Source: an uncultured bacterium (GTDB lineage Bacteria; RBG-13-66-14). From it: a stretch of DNA of 64,000 nucleotides. The stretch spans positions 7,459 through 71,458 of the forward strand of contig CAZOOP010000004.1 in the NCBI GenBank assembly GCA_964581465.1, written 5' to 3'. Below, piece by piece: positions 28,151 through 38,727 of this stretch. Under the pieces are notes generated by a model. It had not been told where the DNA came from. It was given only the letters and a program-made list of their open reading frames with translations, and ran no database searches. The position numbers were made by a program, and so were the translations under genes. The first letter of the stretch is position 1. The number at the start of each line of letters is the position of its first letter.

Positions 28151-28336
28151 GCGCGACAGCGGCCGCGAATTGGCACCACCCGGTGGTTAACAGGTTATCC
28201 GGCCCCGGCTTTGGCACGTTTCTTGCGGAGTGGCGCGCGGGATCCGGCGATAGGCCGCCCCGCCCTGCTGCAAGAAACGTGCCAAAGCCGGGGCCGGGCG
28301 GTCGTGGAGGGTGGGGTTTGCGCGGCCGCGGTCGCG
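28151..28336. repeat. Compound palindromic repeat, copy 4 (inner core 28207-28289)
   Basis: The inner palindrome extends to CCGGCCCCGGCTTTGGCACGTTTCTTGC and its complement. Outer arms are GCGCGACAGCGGCCGCGAA / TTGCGCGGCCGCGGTCGCG. It lies between convergent genes and abuts the stop at 28338. Confidence 0.9.
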
Positions 28337-28337
28337 T

Positions 28338-31112
28338 TCAGTAATTCCAGCCGATGTAGAAGCCGAATTCGGCGTCGCGCTCGACGGAGTTGAAGTCGGT
28401 CAGCCAGGCCAGGTCGAAGCGCAGGGCCAGGTAGGGTCCCAGGCCGACACGGAATCCGACGCCGAAGTCGCCGACGGGATCGGGCACTGTCTCTTCGGCG
28501 TTCCAGGTGGCGCCGACGTCGAAGAACAGCGCTCCCTGGACCTCGTAGAAGGTCAGGTCGCCGACGGGCAGCCCCAGGGCGATGTAGTCGAGCAGGGGGA
28601 AGCGCCACTCGAGGTTGCCCATGTAGAGCCGGGTGCCGGAGAAGTGGCCGTAGGGGTAGCCGCGCATGGTCATGGCGCCGCCGAAGTAGGCCCGGCGGGC
28701 GTCGTCGCCTTCGGCGAGGCGGCCGACGGCGCGGGCGGCCAGGGTTGTGCGTCGGCTGGTTCGCAGGTAGTAGCGCAGGTCGCCCCAAAGGGTATAGTAG
28801 GAGCTGCGCCCGGCGGTCAGGTCGAAGGTCTGGCCGGCCTGGAGGTTGACCCGCATACCGTCGATGGGGCCGATCATGTCCCAGAGGGTGGTGTCGTAGA
28901 CGAAGCCCAGGTAGGCCGAGCCGAGGAAGCGGTTGGTCCAGAACTCGCCGATGTAGTCGTAGCGTTCGCTGCGACGCAGCACCAGGTTGCTTTCCAGGCG
29001 GGTGTAGCGGCTGAAGGGGTAGGAGACCACGCCGACGCCGCCGTATCGTCGCTCGAAGTAGGGCACTTGGGTGGAGTAGTCCAGGTAGTCGTCGACGTAG
29101 TGGAAGGCTCCGGTGCCCCAGTTGAGGCGGTTCTCGAGGTTGAGGTAGGTTGCGGCGACGTTGAAGTACTCGAAGAAGCTGGCCGTCGAGCTGCCGGCGG
29201 AGTAGAGCTGGAGGATGATCCGCTGGTCGCCGGTGAGGTCGGTCAACGCCAGGGCGGTGCCCAGACCGGCGCCGAACTCGGGATCGTAGGCGGTGTCGGC
29301 GCGAACGACGTCCAGGGTGAACTCGGTCCGGTACTCTTCGAGGGTGGTGTCGACGGTGCGCGGTGTGGAATCGACGAGGAGGGTCCCGGTGGTCTCGCCT
29401 TCGGTTTCAGCGCTGACGATCTCGGTGTTTTCAGGGAGTTCGTCGACCAGATAGACGGCGAAGTTATGTCCGATCAGACCCTCGCAAAGCAGCTCGCCCC
29501 GGGGGGTGAACTCGCCCCGGAAGGCTCCGGAGAACAGCGAGGTCAGTTGGACCAGCCCGCCGTCGTCTCCGAGACGGAAGAGGTCGCGGGCGCCGCCGCG
29601 ATCGGAGAAGAAGTGCAGTCGTCCCGCCGAGTCGTAGAAGGGCGCCCGGTCTCGTCGGGGACCTGTAGTTAGTTGTTCCGGCGCACCGCCGTCTGGATCG
29701 AGGCGCCAGAGGTTGAGCCGCTCGTCGTACTCGCCGGCGGCGCGGTTGGAGGCGAAGATGATCCCGCCGTCGGGGGTGAAGACCGGATCGGTCTCATAGA
29801 AGTAGTCATCGGTCAGGCGCTGGACCCGCCAGTCGGGCAGATCGACCAGGTAGAGATCGCTGCGGCCGGATTCGTCCAGCCCGACGACGACCAGACCCTC
29901 GGGACCCCAGCTCGGTGAGGACAGGCTGACCACGCCGGGTAGGCCGCGGCGTTCGAGGACCTCGTCGCTGTCCAGGTCGTAGATGATCAGCTCGTCGCCC
30001 TGGCCGGAGCGGGCGGAGAAGGCCACCCGGCCGGAGTCGTCGACGTCGAGGGCGCTGGTGAACATGTGCAGCGACTCGAGGCTGGGGTTGCGACCGGCGG
30101 TAAGCAACAGCTCACCGTCGTTATCACCGCGCAGGGGCGCCCAATAGAGGGCCTGATAGCCGTAGTAGTTGGAGAGATAGCAATAGCCGGGCTCACCGTC
30201 GCGTTCGGCGTAGGCCGGGGCCAGGGCGGTTTCCTCCTCCCGGGTCAGCCGAGCGCCGACCTCGTCCAGGCTGCGCCGCTCGACGATCTCGGGGAAGTAG
30301 CGCCGCTGGACCCAGCGTCGCCAGTCCTCGTCCAGTTGCTCGAAGGTGATCCCCAGCACGTCCTCGATGACGTCCTCGAAGTACTTGCTCTTGTAGCAGC
30401 CGCGCTGGAGCTCGACCAGGGCCGTCTCGCCGAAGCGCTCGGCGATGTAGAGGACGGCCGACTGGCCCTCCTTGTAGAGGATGAAGTAGGAGCCGAGGCC
30501 CACTAGGGAGCGCAGGGGGCGCAGGCGGTCCTCGAGGACTAGATCGCGCATGTAGACCGCCAGCTCCGCCGAGTCGCCGTCGGAGAAGTACTCGGCCAGA
30601 CCCTCGGAGAACCAGAGGTGGGGCTGGGTGAAGTTGCCCGTTCCCCGGGCGACGATCTCGTCGCGCATCATGTCGAAGGCGAAGACGTGGACCAGCTCGT
30701 GGGTCAGCGTCGAAGAGAAGACTGACAGATCGCCGTTGTTGGGCATCACCACGCGGCCCTTGCGGTACTCGGTGAAGCCGCCGACGGACTCGGGCAGCAT
30801 GATATCCACGGTGTTGGTCTGCTGGAAGCTGGGTCCGTTGGCGTAGAGGAATAGGGGGATGCGGCGGTGGATCACGTGGCCCAGGCGCAGCGAGAGCTCA
30901 TCGAAGGCGGCCTCGGCCAGGGCGGCGGTGCGCTCGGCCAGTTCCCGCTCCTCGGGGTAGAAGTGGATGTCGAAGTGCTCGCTGGCCAGCACCCGCCAGT
31001 CGAAGTCGCGGTAGGCGACCTTGTTCTTGCCGAAGGTGGAGAAACCCGCCGCGGGCAACGCGGGCAGCAGGAGAACGATGATGATCAGTCTGGCGGTGAG
31101 TTTCTGCCTCAT
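28338..31112 (-). CDS. Outer-membrane fusion protein: HExxH peptidase-like + PD40/TolB-like beta-propeller + Omp85 barrel
   Basis: Signal peptide, then LTHELVHVF. Repeated Tol-type blades (DPVFTPDGGIIFASNR). C-terminal Omp85 signature GGAMTMRGYPYG...FFDVGATW...FGFYIGWNY. Confidence 0.85.
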   Translation of the reverse strand: MRQKLTARLIIIVLLLPALPAAGFSTFGKNKVAYRDFDWRVLASEHFDIHFYPEERELAERTAALAEAAFDELSLRLGHVIHRRIPLFLYANGPSFQQTNTVDIMLPESVGGFTEYRKGRVVMPNNGDLSVFSSTLTHELVHVFAFDMMRDEIVARGTGNFTQPHLWFSEGLAEYFSDGDSAELAVYMRDLVLEDRLRPLRSLVGLGSYFILYKEGQSAVLYIAERFGETALVELQRGCYKSKYFEDVIEDVLGITFEQLDEDWRRWVQRRYFPEIVERRSLDEVGARLTREEETALAPAYAERDGEPGYCYLSNYYGYQALYWAPLRGDNDGELLLTAGRNPSLESLHMFTSALDVDDSGRVAFSARSGQGDELIIYDLDSDEVLERRGLPGVVSLSSPSWGPEGLVVVGLDESGRSDLYLVDLPDWRVQRLTDDYFYETDPVFTPDGGIIFASNRAAGEYDERLNLWRLDPDGGAPEQLTTGPRRDRAPFYDSAGRLHFFSDRGGARDLFRLGDDGGLVQLTSLFSGAFRGEFTPRGELLCEGLIGHNFAVYLVDELPENTEIVSAETEGETTGTLLVDSTPRTVDTTLEEYRTEFTLDVVRADTAYDPEFGAGLGTALALTDLTGDQRIILQLYSAGSSTASFFEYFNVAATYLNLENRLNWGTGAFHYVDDYLDYSTQVPYFERRYGGVGVVSYPFSRYTRLESNLVLRRSERYDYIGEFWTNRFLGSAYLGFVYDTTLWDMIGPIDGMRVNLQAGQTFDLTAGRSSYYTLWGDLRYYLRTSRRTTLAARAVGRLAEGDDARRAYFGGAMTMRGYPYGHFSGTRLYMGNLEWRFPLLDYIALGLPVGDLTFYEVQGALFFDVGATWNAEETVPDPVGDFGVGFRVGLGPYLALRFDLAWLTDFNSVERDAEFGFYIGWNY

Positions 31113-31164
31113 GGCTTCCGGGGGCGACTGTGACGGTTTTTATCCCGTGGGGGAGAGGATTTCG

Positions 31165-32236
31165 GGATGGCATCGTATACCCTCTTCGGACCCGACTATG
31201 ATTGTATTTTGTTGATAATAGGGGTGATGATTATCGGATACCTGTCACAAAGCGGGCAGTTGAAAAGTGTCAATTATTGCGGGACTGATCCTTGACGATC
31301 CTTTCTATCCTAGATATCAGCGGACTTGTAACTGCCCTGGCAGCAGATTGCCACAGAATCCTAAGTGTCATAATATCAATCAATAAGGGTTTGCCAAATG
31401 AGCGCTTGCTTCTAGAAGGCGTATTTCAGGGGGTCAATAACGGCCCGGCAGACCGATCCCAATCAGCCTGATTTGGTCCGAACACGTTCCATGATGACTA
31501 CGGGATTAACATAGCACGAAAAGCGTCGCCTGGCGAGGGACGGGGTGGATTTACGGACTTGTCGGCCGAATGTCCCGTGCAATGAGCTCAGAGAAGTGCG
31601 CTCAAGGCAGTCGGCAAGATCTCTACGACTGGGCGACGGCCGGGGGCCTCTGAGCTGAAAGCCCTCAACGCTGCCGATGTGCTACAACAGTGGACGGCGG
31701 GGTGGCGCATGGCGCCGCATACGCATCAGAGTTCGGCTTCTTGGCCGTGTAAAGCTGGTGTGAGCTGCTGTTGGGATGGCGCACTCGCCTGCGTTGAGTA
31801 ACGTTTCTTCAATCAGCATAGCTGGAAGGCGACTCTTCGCCAACTCGTACAAGCGCACGCCCCTCGGCCCCGAGGCAATCCAGCTTGGTTTTACCAACCG
31901 TTGATATCACAAGAAACTGGACCATTATTTGTAACCATGGATAGCTGCATCGAACAGGAGGCTCTGATAAATGCTCGGCGGGAATCGTCAACTCGTGAGG
32001 CTTATCAGTTGTTACCGGTTCTAAACCATTCAATAGCATACTTTTAGCATGTAACTCACTATCAGTTTCAAAAACCTTTGGGCGGGACCTACAGGCTCCA
32101 GCTTCATGCAACACTATGTACAAGGCGAGGTTGATTGCAATAAATCGGCGGTATGTTATTGGAGTCTAAGTATTCTATCAAGCATTGATTGACAATCTAT
32201 TAGCGAGTAGTGCCGGTCTACAACGAGTGATAATCC
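31165..32236 (+). mobile_element. Repeat family B, long copy carrying decayed minus-strand ORFs
   Basis: Begins with the family B blocks and ends CGAGTGATAATCC, the reverse complement of the GGATTATCACTCG end. About 650 nt of extra lower-GC DNA holds the frame-broken ORFs 31682-31897 and 31809-32123. Confidence 0.55.
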
Positions 32237-32423
32237 TTATCAACCAGTAACGGGTGTTGAAAAACAAGGTTACCGGTCTAATGAATGGCGGCGCACAAGC
32301 TTGATCAGGCTCTGCCAAACCTGTTAAGTGCTGGATTGTACAGTGGGCCGTTGTGCGGGGAGTGGGCGAGAATCCCGACCGGTGAGGTCGATAAAGAAAC
32401 GTCGGAAAGGCCCCGGCGGTTCC

Positions 32424-33695
32424 CTAGGCCTCCAATCGGCGCAGGGCCTCGGCGGGGGAGATCCGCGCCGCCCGCCTCGCCGGTAGAGCCGCCGCGCCCA
32501 CGGACACCAGCACCGCCAGCAGGGCCGAGCCGATCAGCAGCCACCAGGGCAGATGGAAGAAGGTCTCGGGTTTGAAGGTGAACTCGGGCAGGTACTCGAC
32601 CAGCAGATGATCGCCCAGGGTTCCCAGGCCCCAGCCCATAAGCGCCCCGACGACGCCGTTGGCCAGACCGACCACAGCCGCCTCTCCCAGGATCAGCGCG
32701 CGCACGTCGCCTCGGGTGCAGCCCACGCAGCGCAGCAGGCCGATCTCGGCGCCGCGCTCGGTGACGATCAGCGAGAAGTTGTTGAAGATACTGAAGGCGG
32801 CGATCAGCAGCATCAGCACCCCGACCACGGAGAGCACGGCGGTGACGGTGTCGATGGTCAGCCCGGCCTTCTCGACGGCCTCGCGGCTGGATTCGGTCTC
32901 GAAGCCGGCCTCCCGGGCGAAGGCGCCGACCTCGGCGGCGACGCGGGAGTCCTCGCAGACCAAGTAGGCCCGGGAGTAGCGCTCGACGGGAGAGCCCAGG
33001 GCTTTCTCGGCGGCGCGACGCAGCACCTCCAGGGGGATGGTCACCCCGATGACCATCGCCTTGGGCGAGAAGCCGACCACTCGGCCGGTGACCCGGGTCG
33101 AGGGCTTGGTCTCGAAGCTGGAGCGACCCAGGATCAGCCCGAAGCTGGTGCCCAGCACCTCCTCGGGGCTGAAGGTCGGCAGATCGTTGCCCGGCGCGAA
33201 GACATGGTTGTAGAAGTCCACCAGCTCCGTGGAAATCACCACGGGGACATCGTTGGGACCCAGCTCGACCGCGCGCTGTCCGGCCCGGGCCTCTTCGATC
33301 ATCGCCGCGTCCCAGCCTGCCACACCCAGGTCGGTGCCGAAACGGGACAGGTCGACGGGGCCGATGCTGATCCCTCGAAGCTGCGAGGGTATCGGCGACT
33401 CCAGCGCCGGGTGGACCGCCGTCACCCCGGGTCGGGAGCGCAGCAGCTCAAGGGCCGCATCGTCCAGGGGCTCGGAGGCGCGGATCAGCCCCGGCTTCTC
33501 GGTGACGATCAGCTCGTTGAGCGGCAGCTTGGCCAGGATGCCGTCGATGACCTCGCGGCGCACCCCCTGGCCCAGACCGACCAGGAAGACTAGGGCGGCG
33601 ATGCCCAGAGCGATGCCCAGGGAGCTGGTCACGCTGCGCCGGCGGTGGCGGCCCAGGTTGGCGCGGATGAGCTTCCAGGCGGCGGCGAACTTCAT
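32424..33695 (-). CDS. FtsX/MacB-type ABC transporter permease
   Basis: N-terminal TM, a large periplasmic domain, then three C-terminal TMs. Starts MKFAAAWKLIRANLGRHRRRSVTSSLGIALGIA. C-terminal FtsX-type LLRCVGCTRGDV. Confidence 0.85.
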   Translation of the reverse strand: MKFAAAWKLIRANLGRHRRRSVTSSLGIALGIAALVFLVGLGQGVRREVIDGILAKLPLNELIVTEKPGLIRASEPLDDAALELLRSRPGVTAVHPALESPIPSQLRGISIGPVDLSRFGTDLGVAGWDAAMIEEARAGQRAVELGPNDVPVVISTELVDFYNHVFAPGNDLPTFSPEEVLGTSFGLILGRSSFETKPSTRVTGRVVGFSPKAMVIGVTIPLEVLRRAAEKALGSPVERYSRAYLVCEDSRVAAEVGAFAREAGFETESSREAVEKAGLTIDTVTAVLSVVGVLMLLIAAFSIFNNFSLIVTERGAEIGLLRCVGCTRGDVRALILGEAAVVGLANGVVGALMGWGLGTLGDHLLVEYLPEFTFKPETFFHLPWWLLIGSALLAVLVSVGAAALPARRAARISPAEALRRLEA

Positions 33696-34019
33696 CGGTC
33701 ACCTCGCAAGATCACGAATACGGTGGGATCAGCGCGGAGGTCGCGGAGCGGTCGATTGGTGGATGGTCCAGCGGAGTCGAGGTGCTGACGGCATACCGCC
33801 CTCGCCGACAGTAGATCGTCTTCGGGCTGCTTACCTCTGGTCGTCGGCAGCGGCAGGTAGAACCAGCGGTCGTTTATTGCGTTTGGATAATCAGTTTTCG
33901 AATAGACCAGCCGAAAGGATTCTAAACGATCAAGCAAGATTAGATTCTACCAAGAGGTGCCGCTTAGCCCCTGCCTGATTGCGTGATCGGGACACCTGGC
34001 GTGTCGAACTTAACATATT

Positions 34020-34677
34020 GGATTATCACCTAATTATGAACAAACCTGAAGTATGCTCCCGAGGTAGTTCAGCGCGTCTTCGTCGTCTCGATGGTTGAAT
34101 CGTAATTCCATTTCACGGATACAGAGCCTGTCGTTGCGTATGAAGCCGCCGTGGTAGGCTTTTAGCCGGCGTTTGGCGTAGCCCCGGAAGCTCTCGATGC
34201 CGTTGATGTGAACCTTGCCATTGGCCAGGGTCTTGTCATGGATGATGCGTTTGTGGTGGATACCGTTGAGTGAGAGCCTGTTATAGTCCTTGTATCCATC
34301 GGAGTATACGATCAAGCCCAGCTCGACGTTCTCCAAGATCGCGCCCAGCAGGTGCTTGCCGTCACAGCGCTTGGGGAGGATGACCCGCGCCGCCGGGACG
34401 CCGAGCCGCAACAGACGCGCTATCTCACGGCGCTTTTCCGGCGGCGGCTCGTTGCGACGCCCCCGGGGACGAGGGTTGAACAACTTGCCGCAACGCTTGC
34501 GCTTACGACGCCCGTCGGCGCAGCGCTAGTTACACCTGGGACACTTGACGTGCCGGTCCCTCGTTCTGCTCCTCCCCGCCACATTGTCCCCTTTGCTTGT
34601 GGCAGGATAACAGACTTGCTCAAGCCGATATAAGCACCCAACTGCAATAGCTGATGTTCATCTTATGTGATGATCCC
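34020..34677 (-). mobile_element. IS1595-family element remnant
   Basis: Termini are GGATTATCAC and GTGATGATCCC. Flanking 8-mers are TAACATAT / TAACTTAT (7 of 8, boundary +/-1 nt). Confidence 0.75.
34034..34647 (-). pseudogene. IS1595-family transposase, frameshifted and truncated
   Basis: The DDE C-terminal part LIVYSDGYKDYNRL...VHINGIESFRGYAKRRLKAYHGGF...ELRFNHRDDE is in one frame. The N-terminus is in another frame and has lost its Zn-ribbon cysteines. Confidence 0.75.
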
Positions 34678-34768
34678 TAACTTATACTTACTATTTGCCC
34701 CTGTTCGCGATTGATAGCAGTCGGTAATACTCAAGTGCCGCTTTGGCCTGGATGGTGACCGGGCGTTC

Positions 34769-36094
34769 TCAGGCCCTCGCCGTGGGCAGCTCGCTCCAAC
34801 TGGTGGTGAAGCGGTGCGAGCAGTGACGCTGATTCATGTCCCAGACACGTCGTGTCCCGGTGGCGGCGTAGTGGACAGTGTCCGAGCCGAAGGCGTCATT
34901 GATGCGGTCCAGGGCGCCCATCAGTTTTTCGGTGCGCCGCCGGGGGTTGGTCTCGGGTTCGCTGGGCTCGCCCAGGGGGTCGAAGAGGCTGCGCTGCAGG
35001 GCGGCGGCGGGGCGGATGTGGGAGAGCAACACCCCGGCCTTCTTATAGGGGTAGCCGGGTTTGTAGATCCGGCGCAGTCCGTCCAGGGCGGCGTCGATGA
35101 GCTCCGGGGTCAGCGAGCTGGGCACGGGCAGCACCCGGGCGGCCGAGTTGTAGTACTTGGGTCCTCGGGCGAAGTGGCCGGTCATGATGAAGACGGTGAC
35201 CACCCCCGCGGCGGAGCCGCCCTCGCGCAGCTTCTCGGCGGCCCGGCTGGCGAACTCGGCCACGGACTCGGCCAGCTCGTCCCGGGTCTCCAAGGGGCGG
35301 CCGAAGGAGCGCGAGGTGCAGATGCCCTGCTTGGCCCGGGGCTGGTCCTCGATGGGCAGACAACTGCGCCCGCGCAGCTCGTAGACCATCCGCTGACCGA
35401 CCACGCCCAGCTTGCGAGTGATCCAGCGGTCGTCGGCGTCGCGGAGCTGGGCGGCGGTGAGGATGCCCGCCCGACGCAGACGCTTGGCCAGCCGTCCGGC
35501 CACGCCCCAGAGGTCCTCGAGGGGCAGCTCGGCCAGCACGGCGTCCAGCTCGGGACCCGGGGCGAGCTCCTTGACTCCGCCCCAGCGGGGCTGCTTCTTG
35601 GCCAGGCGACCGGCCACCTTGGCCAGCACTTTGCCGGGACCTAGTCCGATGGCCACGGGGATGCCCGTCCAGCGCTCGACGAGGTGCGCCAGCTCGCGGC
35701 AGTGACCGAGGGGGTCGGGGAGACCGGCCAGATCGAGGAAGGCCTCGTCGATGGAGTAGATCTCGAGGCTGGGGGTCCGCTCGGCCAGCGCCGCCATCAC
35801 CCGGCGGCTCATGTCGGCGTAGAGGGGGAAGTTGGCGGAGAAAACGGCGCAGCCGATGCGCTCCAGGCGCTCGCGCCACTGGAAGAAGGGCGCGCCCATC
35901 GGCACGCCCAGGGCCTTGACCTCGTTGGAACGGGCGATGACGCAGCCGTCGTTGTTGGATAGCACCACGACGGGGCGCGCGCCCAGGGCCGGCTGGAATA
36001 CCCGTTCGCAGGAAACGTAGAAGTTGTTGCAGTCGACCAGGGCGATCCGTCGACGCGTCGCGGATCGGACGCCGCTGGTCTTCGCCGGACCCAT
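34769..36094 (-). CDS. umuC: Y-family translesion DNA polymerase, UmuC-like
   Basis: [51 protein letters not shown] is the canonical UmuC N-terminus. It lies 10 nt downstream of the umuD-like gene. Confidence 0.9.
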   Translation of the reverse strand: MGPAKTSGVRSATRRRIALVDCNNFYVSCERVFQPALGARPVVVLSNNDGCVIARSNEVKALGVPMGAPFFQWRERLERIGCAVFSANFPLYADMSRRVMAALAERTPSLEIYSIDEAFLDLAGLPDPLGHCRELAHLVERWTGIPVAIGLGPGKVLAKVAGRLAKKQPRWGGVKELAPGPELDAVLAELPLEDLWGVAGRLAKRLRRAGILTAAQLRDADDRWITRKLGVVGQRMVYELRGRSCLPIEDQPRAKQGICTSRSFGRPLETRDELAESVAEFASRAAEKLREGGSAAGVVTVFIMTGHFARGPKYYNSAARVLPVPSSLTPELIDAALDGLRRIYKPGYPYKKAGVLLSHIRPAAALQRSLFDPLGEPSEPETNPRRRTEKLMGALDRINDAFGSDTVHYAATGTRRVWDMNQRHCSHRFTTSWSELPTARA

Positions 36095-36103
36095 CGCTTC
36101 ACC

Positions 36104-36547
36104 CTAGAGGGAGTGGATGACGTTGGTGACCACGCCCCAGACCTCGAACTCGCCGTCCTCGCCGGCGACGATGGGCGGGTAGCCCTCGCTCTCGGCCAGC
36201 AGCGCCCAGGCACCGTCGCGCTTGCGCAGCCGCTTGACCACCAGTTCGCCGTCGACCACCGCGATGACTACCTTGCCCTCGGCGGCCTCCAGGGAACGGT
36301 CGACGATCAGGATGTCCCCGTCGTTGATCCCGGCGCCGGTCATCGAATCGCCGGCGACGCGAACGAAGAAGGTCGCCGAGGGGTGAGGGATCAGGTGTTC
36401 GTTCAGGTCCAGCCGACGGGCGATGTAGTCGTCGGCGGGAGAGGGGAAGCCGGCGGGCACCTGACTCTCGGCCAGGGGCAGCTCGGGTCCCCTGCCGCTC
36501 TCGGGCAGAAAGAGCTCGTTGCGGTTCGCTTTCTTGCTCGGCGTCAT
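36104..36547 (-). CDS. umuD: UmuD-like S24 self-cleaving peptidase
   Basis: Contains FPSPADDY, ATFFVRVAGDSMTGAGINDGDILIVD (Ser nucleophile) and VVKRL (Lys). 147 aa with no HTH. Confidence 0.88.
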   Translation of the reverse strand: MTPSKKANRNELFLPESGRGPELPLAESQVPAGFPSPADDYIARRLDLNEHLIPHPSATFFVRVAGDSMTGAGINDGDILIVDRSLEAAEGKVVIAVVDGELVVKRLRKRDGAWALLAESEGYPPIVAGEDGEFEVWGVVTNVIHSL

Positions 36548-36956
36548 GAATGGGTCTCCGTAATGCGAGCGTGCCGGGGCGGAAGAAGGACCGCATCATT
36601 ATCAAGCGTCAAGGTTTCAGCGGCTATCCACACGTTCCTGAATCTTCGATAACTACCGCGTTCAATAAACAGCGGTTGAAACGAATGCCTTGGCTAATCT
36701 TTGCTAAGCAGGCCTGATGGCGTGCCAGCGAGCGCCCTGTGAGCGCTATCCAACCGGTGGGGTTATTGAAGCCGGTCAGCGGACCAAGGCGTCTCAGTTT
36801 GCCTTATCGCTCCCCGTGGTCGCAGATACGGTCGAGCTCCGCCGTAAAGACACCAATACACGAACATATTCCGTTCATCGGCGCCGACCAGCCCCCTCAG
36901 GGACACCTCAACCATACCACCATAGCCGGACGACGGTTCCTGGACAACAGCCGACG

Positions 36957-37137
36957 GCGACCTTCGCCAAACCCCGGCAGATCAACCTCGGCCCGGCCCG
37001 GCTTTGGCACGTTTTTTGCGGAGGCGGACGGGGCCTTTCCGGCAGGCCACCTGCGCGGGCGCAAAAAACGTGCCAAAGCCTCCCGGCGGATGATCGAGGG
37101 CGTCGATCGCGGGGACGGCGGGTTTGGCGAAGGTCGC
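36957..37137. repeat. Compound palindromic repeat, copy 5 (inner core 37000-37080)
   Basis: Inner arms are GGCTTTGGCACGTTTTTTGC / GCAAAAAACGTGCCAAAGCC, with the C-to-T change compensated. Outer arms are GCGACCTTCGCCAAACCC / GGGTTTGGCGAAGGTCGC. Confidence 0.9.
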
Positions 37138-37158
37138 GGGGTGCGCTCGGCGGTTGGT

Positions 37159-38727
37159 TTAGCTGGCGTAGCTGGTTGCGCGGTGCTCGCGGATGACGGT
37201 CACGCGGATCTTGCCCGGGTATTCCATCTCCTTCTCGATGCGTCGGGCCACGGCCAGGGACATCTCGTCGGCTTCGGTATCGGCGAGCTCTCCGGGGTCG
37301 ACGATGATGCGGATCTCGCGACCGGCCTGGATGGCGAAGGAGCGGTCGACGCCGGAGAAGGAGTTGGCGATTTCTTCGAGTTTGGTCAGGCGTTTGATGT
37401 AGAGGTCCAGGGTCTCGCGGCGGGCGCCGGGTCGGGCGGCGGAGAGGGCGTCGGCTGCCATGACCAGCACGGCCTCGGGGGTGGCCGGTTCGACCTTGCC
37501 GTGGTGGCACTCGATGGCGTTGACGACCAGGGGTTTCTCGCCGTAGCGTCGGGCCAGGTCGGCGCCGATTTGGGCGTGGGTTCCCTCGACCTCGTGATCG
37601 ACGGCCTTGCCGAGATCGTGGAGCAGGCCGGCGCGGCGGGCCAGGCGTTCGTCGAGGCCCAGGTCTGTGGCGATCATCCCGGCCAGGTAGGAGACTTCCT
37701 TGGAGTGCTGGAGTACGTTTTGGCCGAAGCTGGTGCGGTAGCGCAGGCGGCCGAGCAGGTTGACGACCTCTGGATGCAGCCCTTGGATGCCGGTGTCCAG
37801 GGCGGCCTGTTCGCCGGCCTCGCGCAGCGTCGTTTTCATCTTGGCCTGGGTTTTTGTGACGACGTCCTCGATGCGGCCCGGGTGGATGCGGCCGTCGAGG
37901 ACCAGCTTCTCCATGGTCTGACGGGCGACCTCGCGCTTGATGGGATCGAAGGCGGAGAGGATGACGGCCTCCGGGGTGTCGTCGACGACGACGTCGACGC
38001 CGGTGGCCATCTCGAAGGCGCGGATGTTGCGGCCCTCTCGGCCGATGATGCGGCCTTTCATCTCGTCGGAGGGCAGTTGGACGACGCTGACGGTGACCTC
38101 GGAGACCTGGTCGGCGGCCAGGCGCTGGACGGCGTTGGTGATGATCTTGCGGGCCTCGTCCTCGGCGCGGGCCACGGCCTCGTCGCGCATCTCTTTGATG
38201 ATACGCGAGGACTCGTGTTCAACCTCGGCGCGCAGGTTATCGAAGAGCAGCCGCTTGGCTTCGACGGCGCTCATCCCGGAGAGGGTCTCCAGGGTCTTGG
38301 TCTGCTCCTCGATGAGCTGGGCGGCCTGCTTCTCCTGTTGGACCAGGGTGTTCTCGCGGTCCTCGATCTTCTTGGAGCGGTTTTTAAGTTCCTCGTGGCG
38401 CTCGTCGAGTTCGTCGGAGCGTTTATCGAGGGTGGCCTCCTTGGATCCGAGCCATTTTTCGATACGCTGGAGCTCGTTGCGATGCTGCTGGGCCTGGCGT
38501 TCGGCCTCCTGTTTGATGCGCAGGGCTTCGTCCTTGGCCTCGAGCTTGGCTTCGCGCTGCAGGCTCTTGGCCTCCAGGCGTGCGTTTTTGATGATACTTT
38601 CGGCTAGTTTCTCGGCGGAGTTCAACCGTCGCGCGGAGAACCAACGGCGTAGTTGCCAGCCCAGGAATCCGCCGGCGATACCGCAGCCGATCAGGATCAG
38701 GATTCCGGGCAGGGATCCCAGTTGCAT
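37159..38727 (-). CDS. rny: Ribonuclease Y
   Basis: N-terminal TM, coiled coil, KH domain ([15 protein letters not shown]) and HD domain ([12 protein letters not shown]). Confidence 0.93.
   Translation of the reverse strand: MQLGSLPGILILIGCGIAGGFLGWQLRRWFSARRLNSAEKLAESIIKNARLEAKSLQREAKLEAKDEALRIKQEAERQAQQHRNELQRIEKWLGSKEATLDKRSDELDERHEELKNRSKKIEDRENTLVQQEKQAAQLIEEQTKTLETLSGMSAVEAKRLLFDNLRAEVEHESSRIIKEMRDEAVARAEDEARKIITNAVQRLAADQVSEVTVSVVQLPSDEMKGRIIGREGRNIRAFEMATGVDVVVDDTPEAVILSAFDPIKREVARQTMEKLVLDGRIHPGRIEDVVTKTQAKMKTTLREAGEQAALDTGIQGLHPEVVNLLGRLRYRTSFGQNVLQHSKEVSYLAGMIATDLGLDERLARRAGLLHDLGKAVDHEVEGTHAQIGADLARRYGEKPLVVNAIECHHGKVEPATPEAVLVMAADALSAARPGARRETLDLYIKRLTKLEEIANSFSGVDRSFAIQAGREIRIIVDPGELADTEADEMSLAVARRIEKEMEYPGKIRVTVIREHRATSYAS

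Noticed and set aside
36548-36720. Candidate SOS operator upstream of umuD (GTTCAATAAACAGCGGTTGAAAC, an imperfect TTCAA-N10-TTGAA).
   Set aside because: It does not match the E. coli (CTGT-N8-ACAG) or Gram-positive (GAAC-N4-GTTC) LexA boxes. The clade-specific motif is unknown, and a single imperfect palindrome is not evidence.
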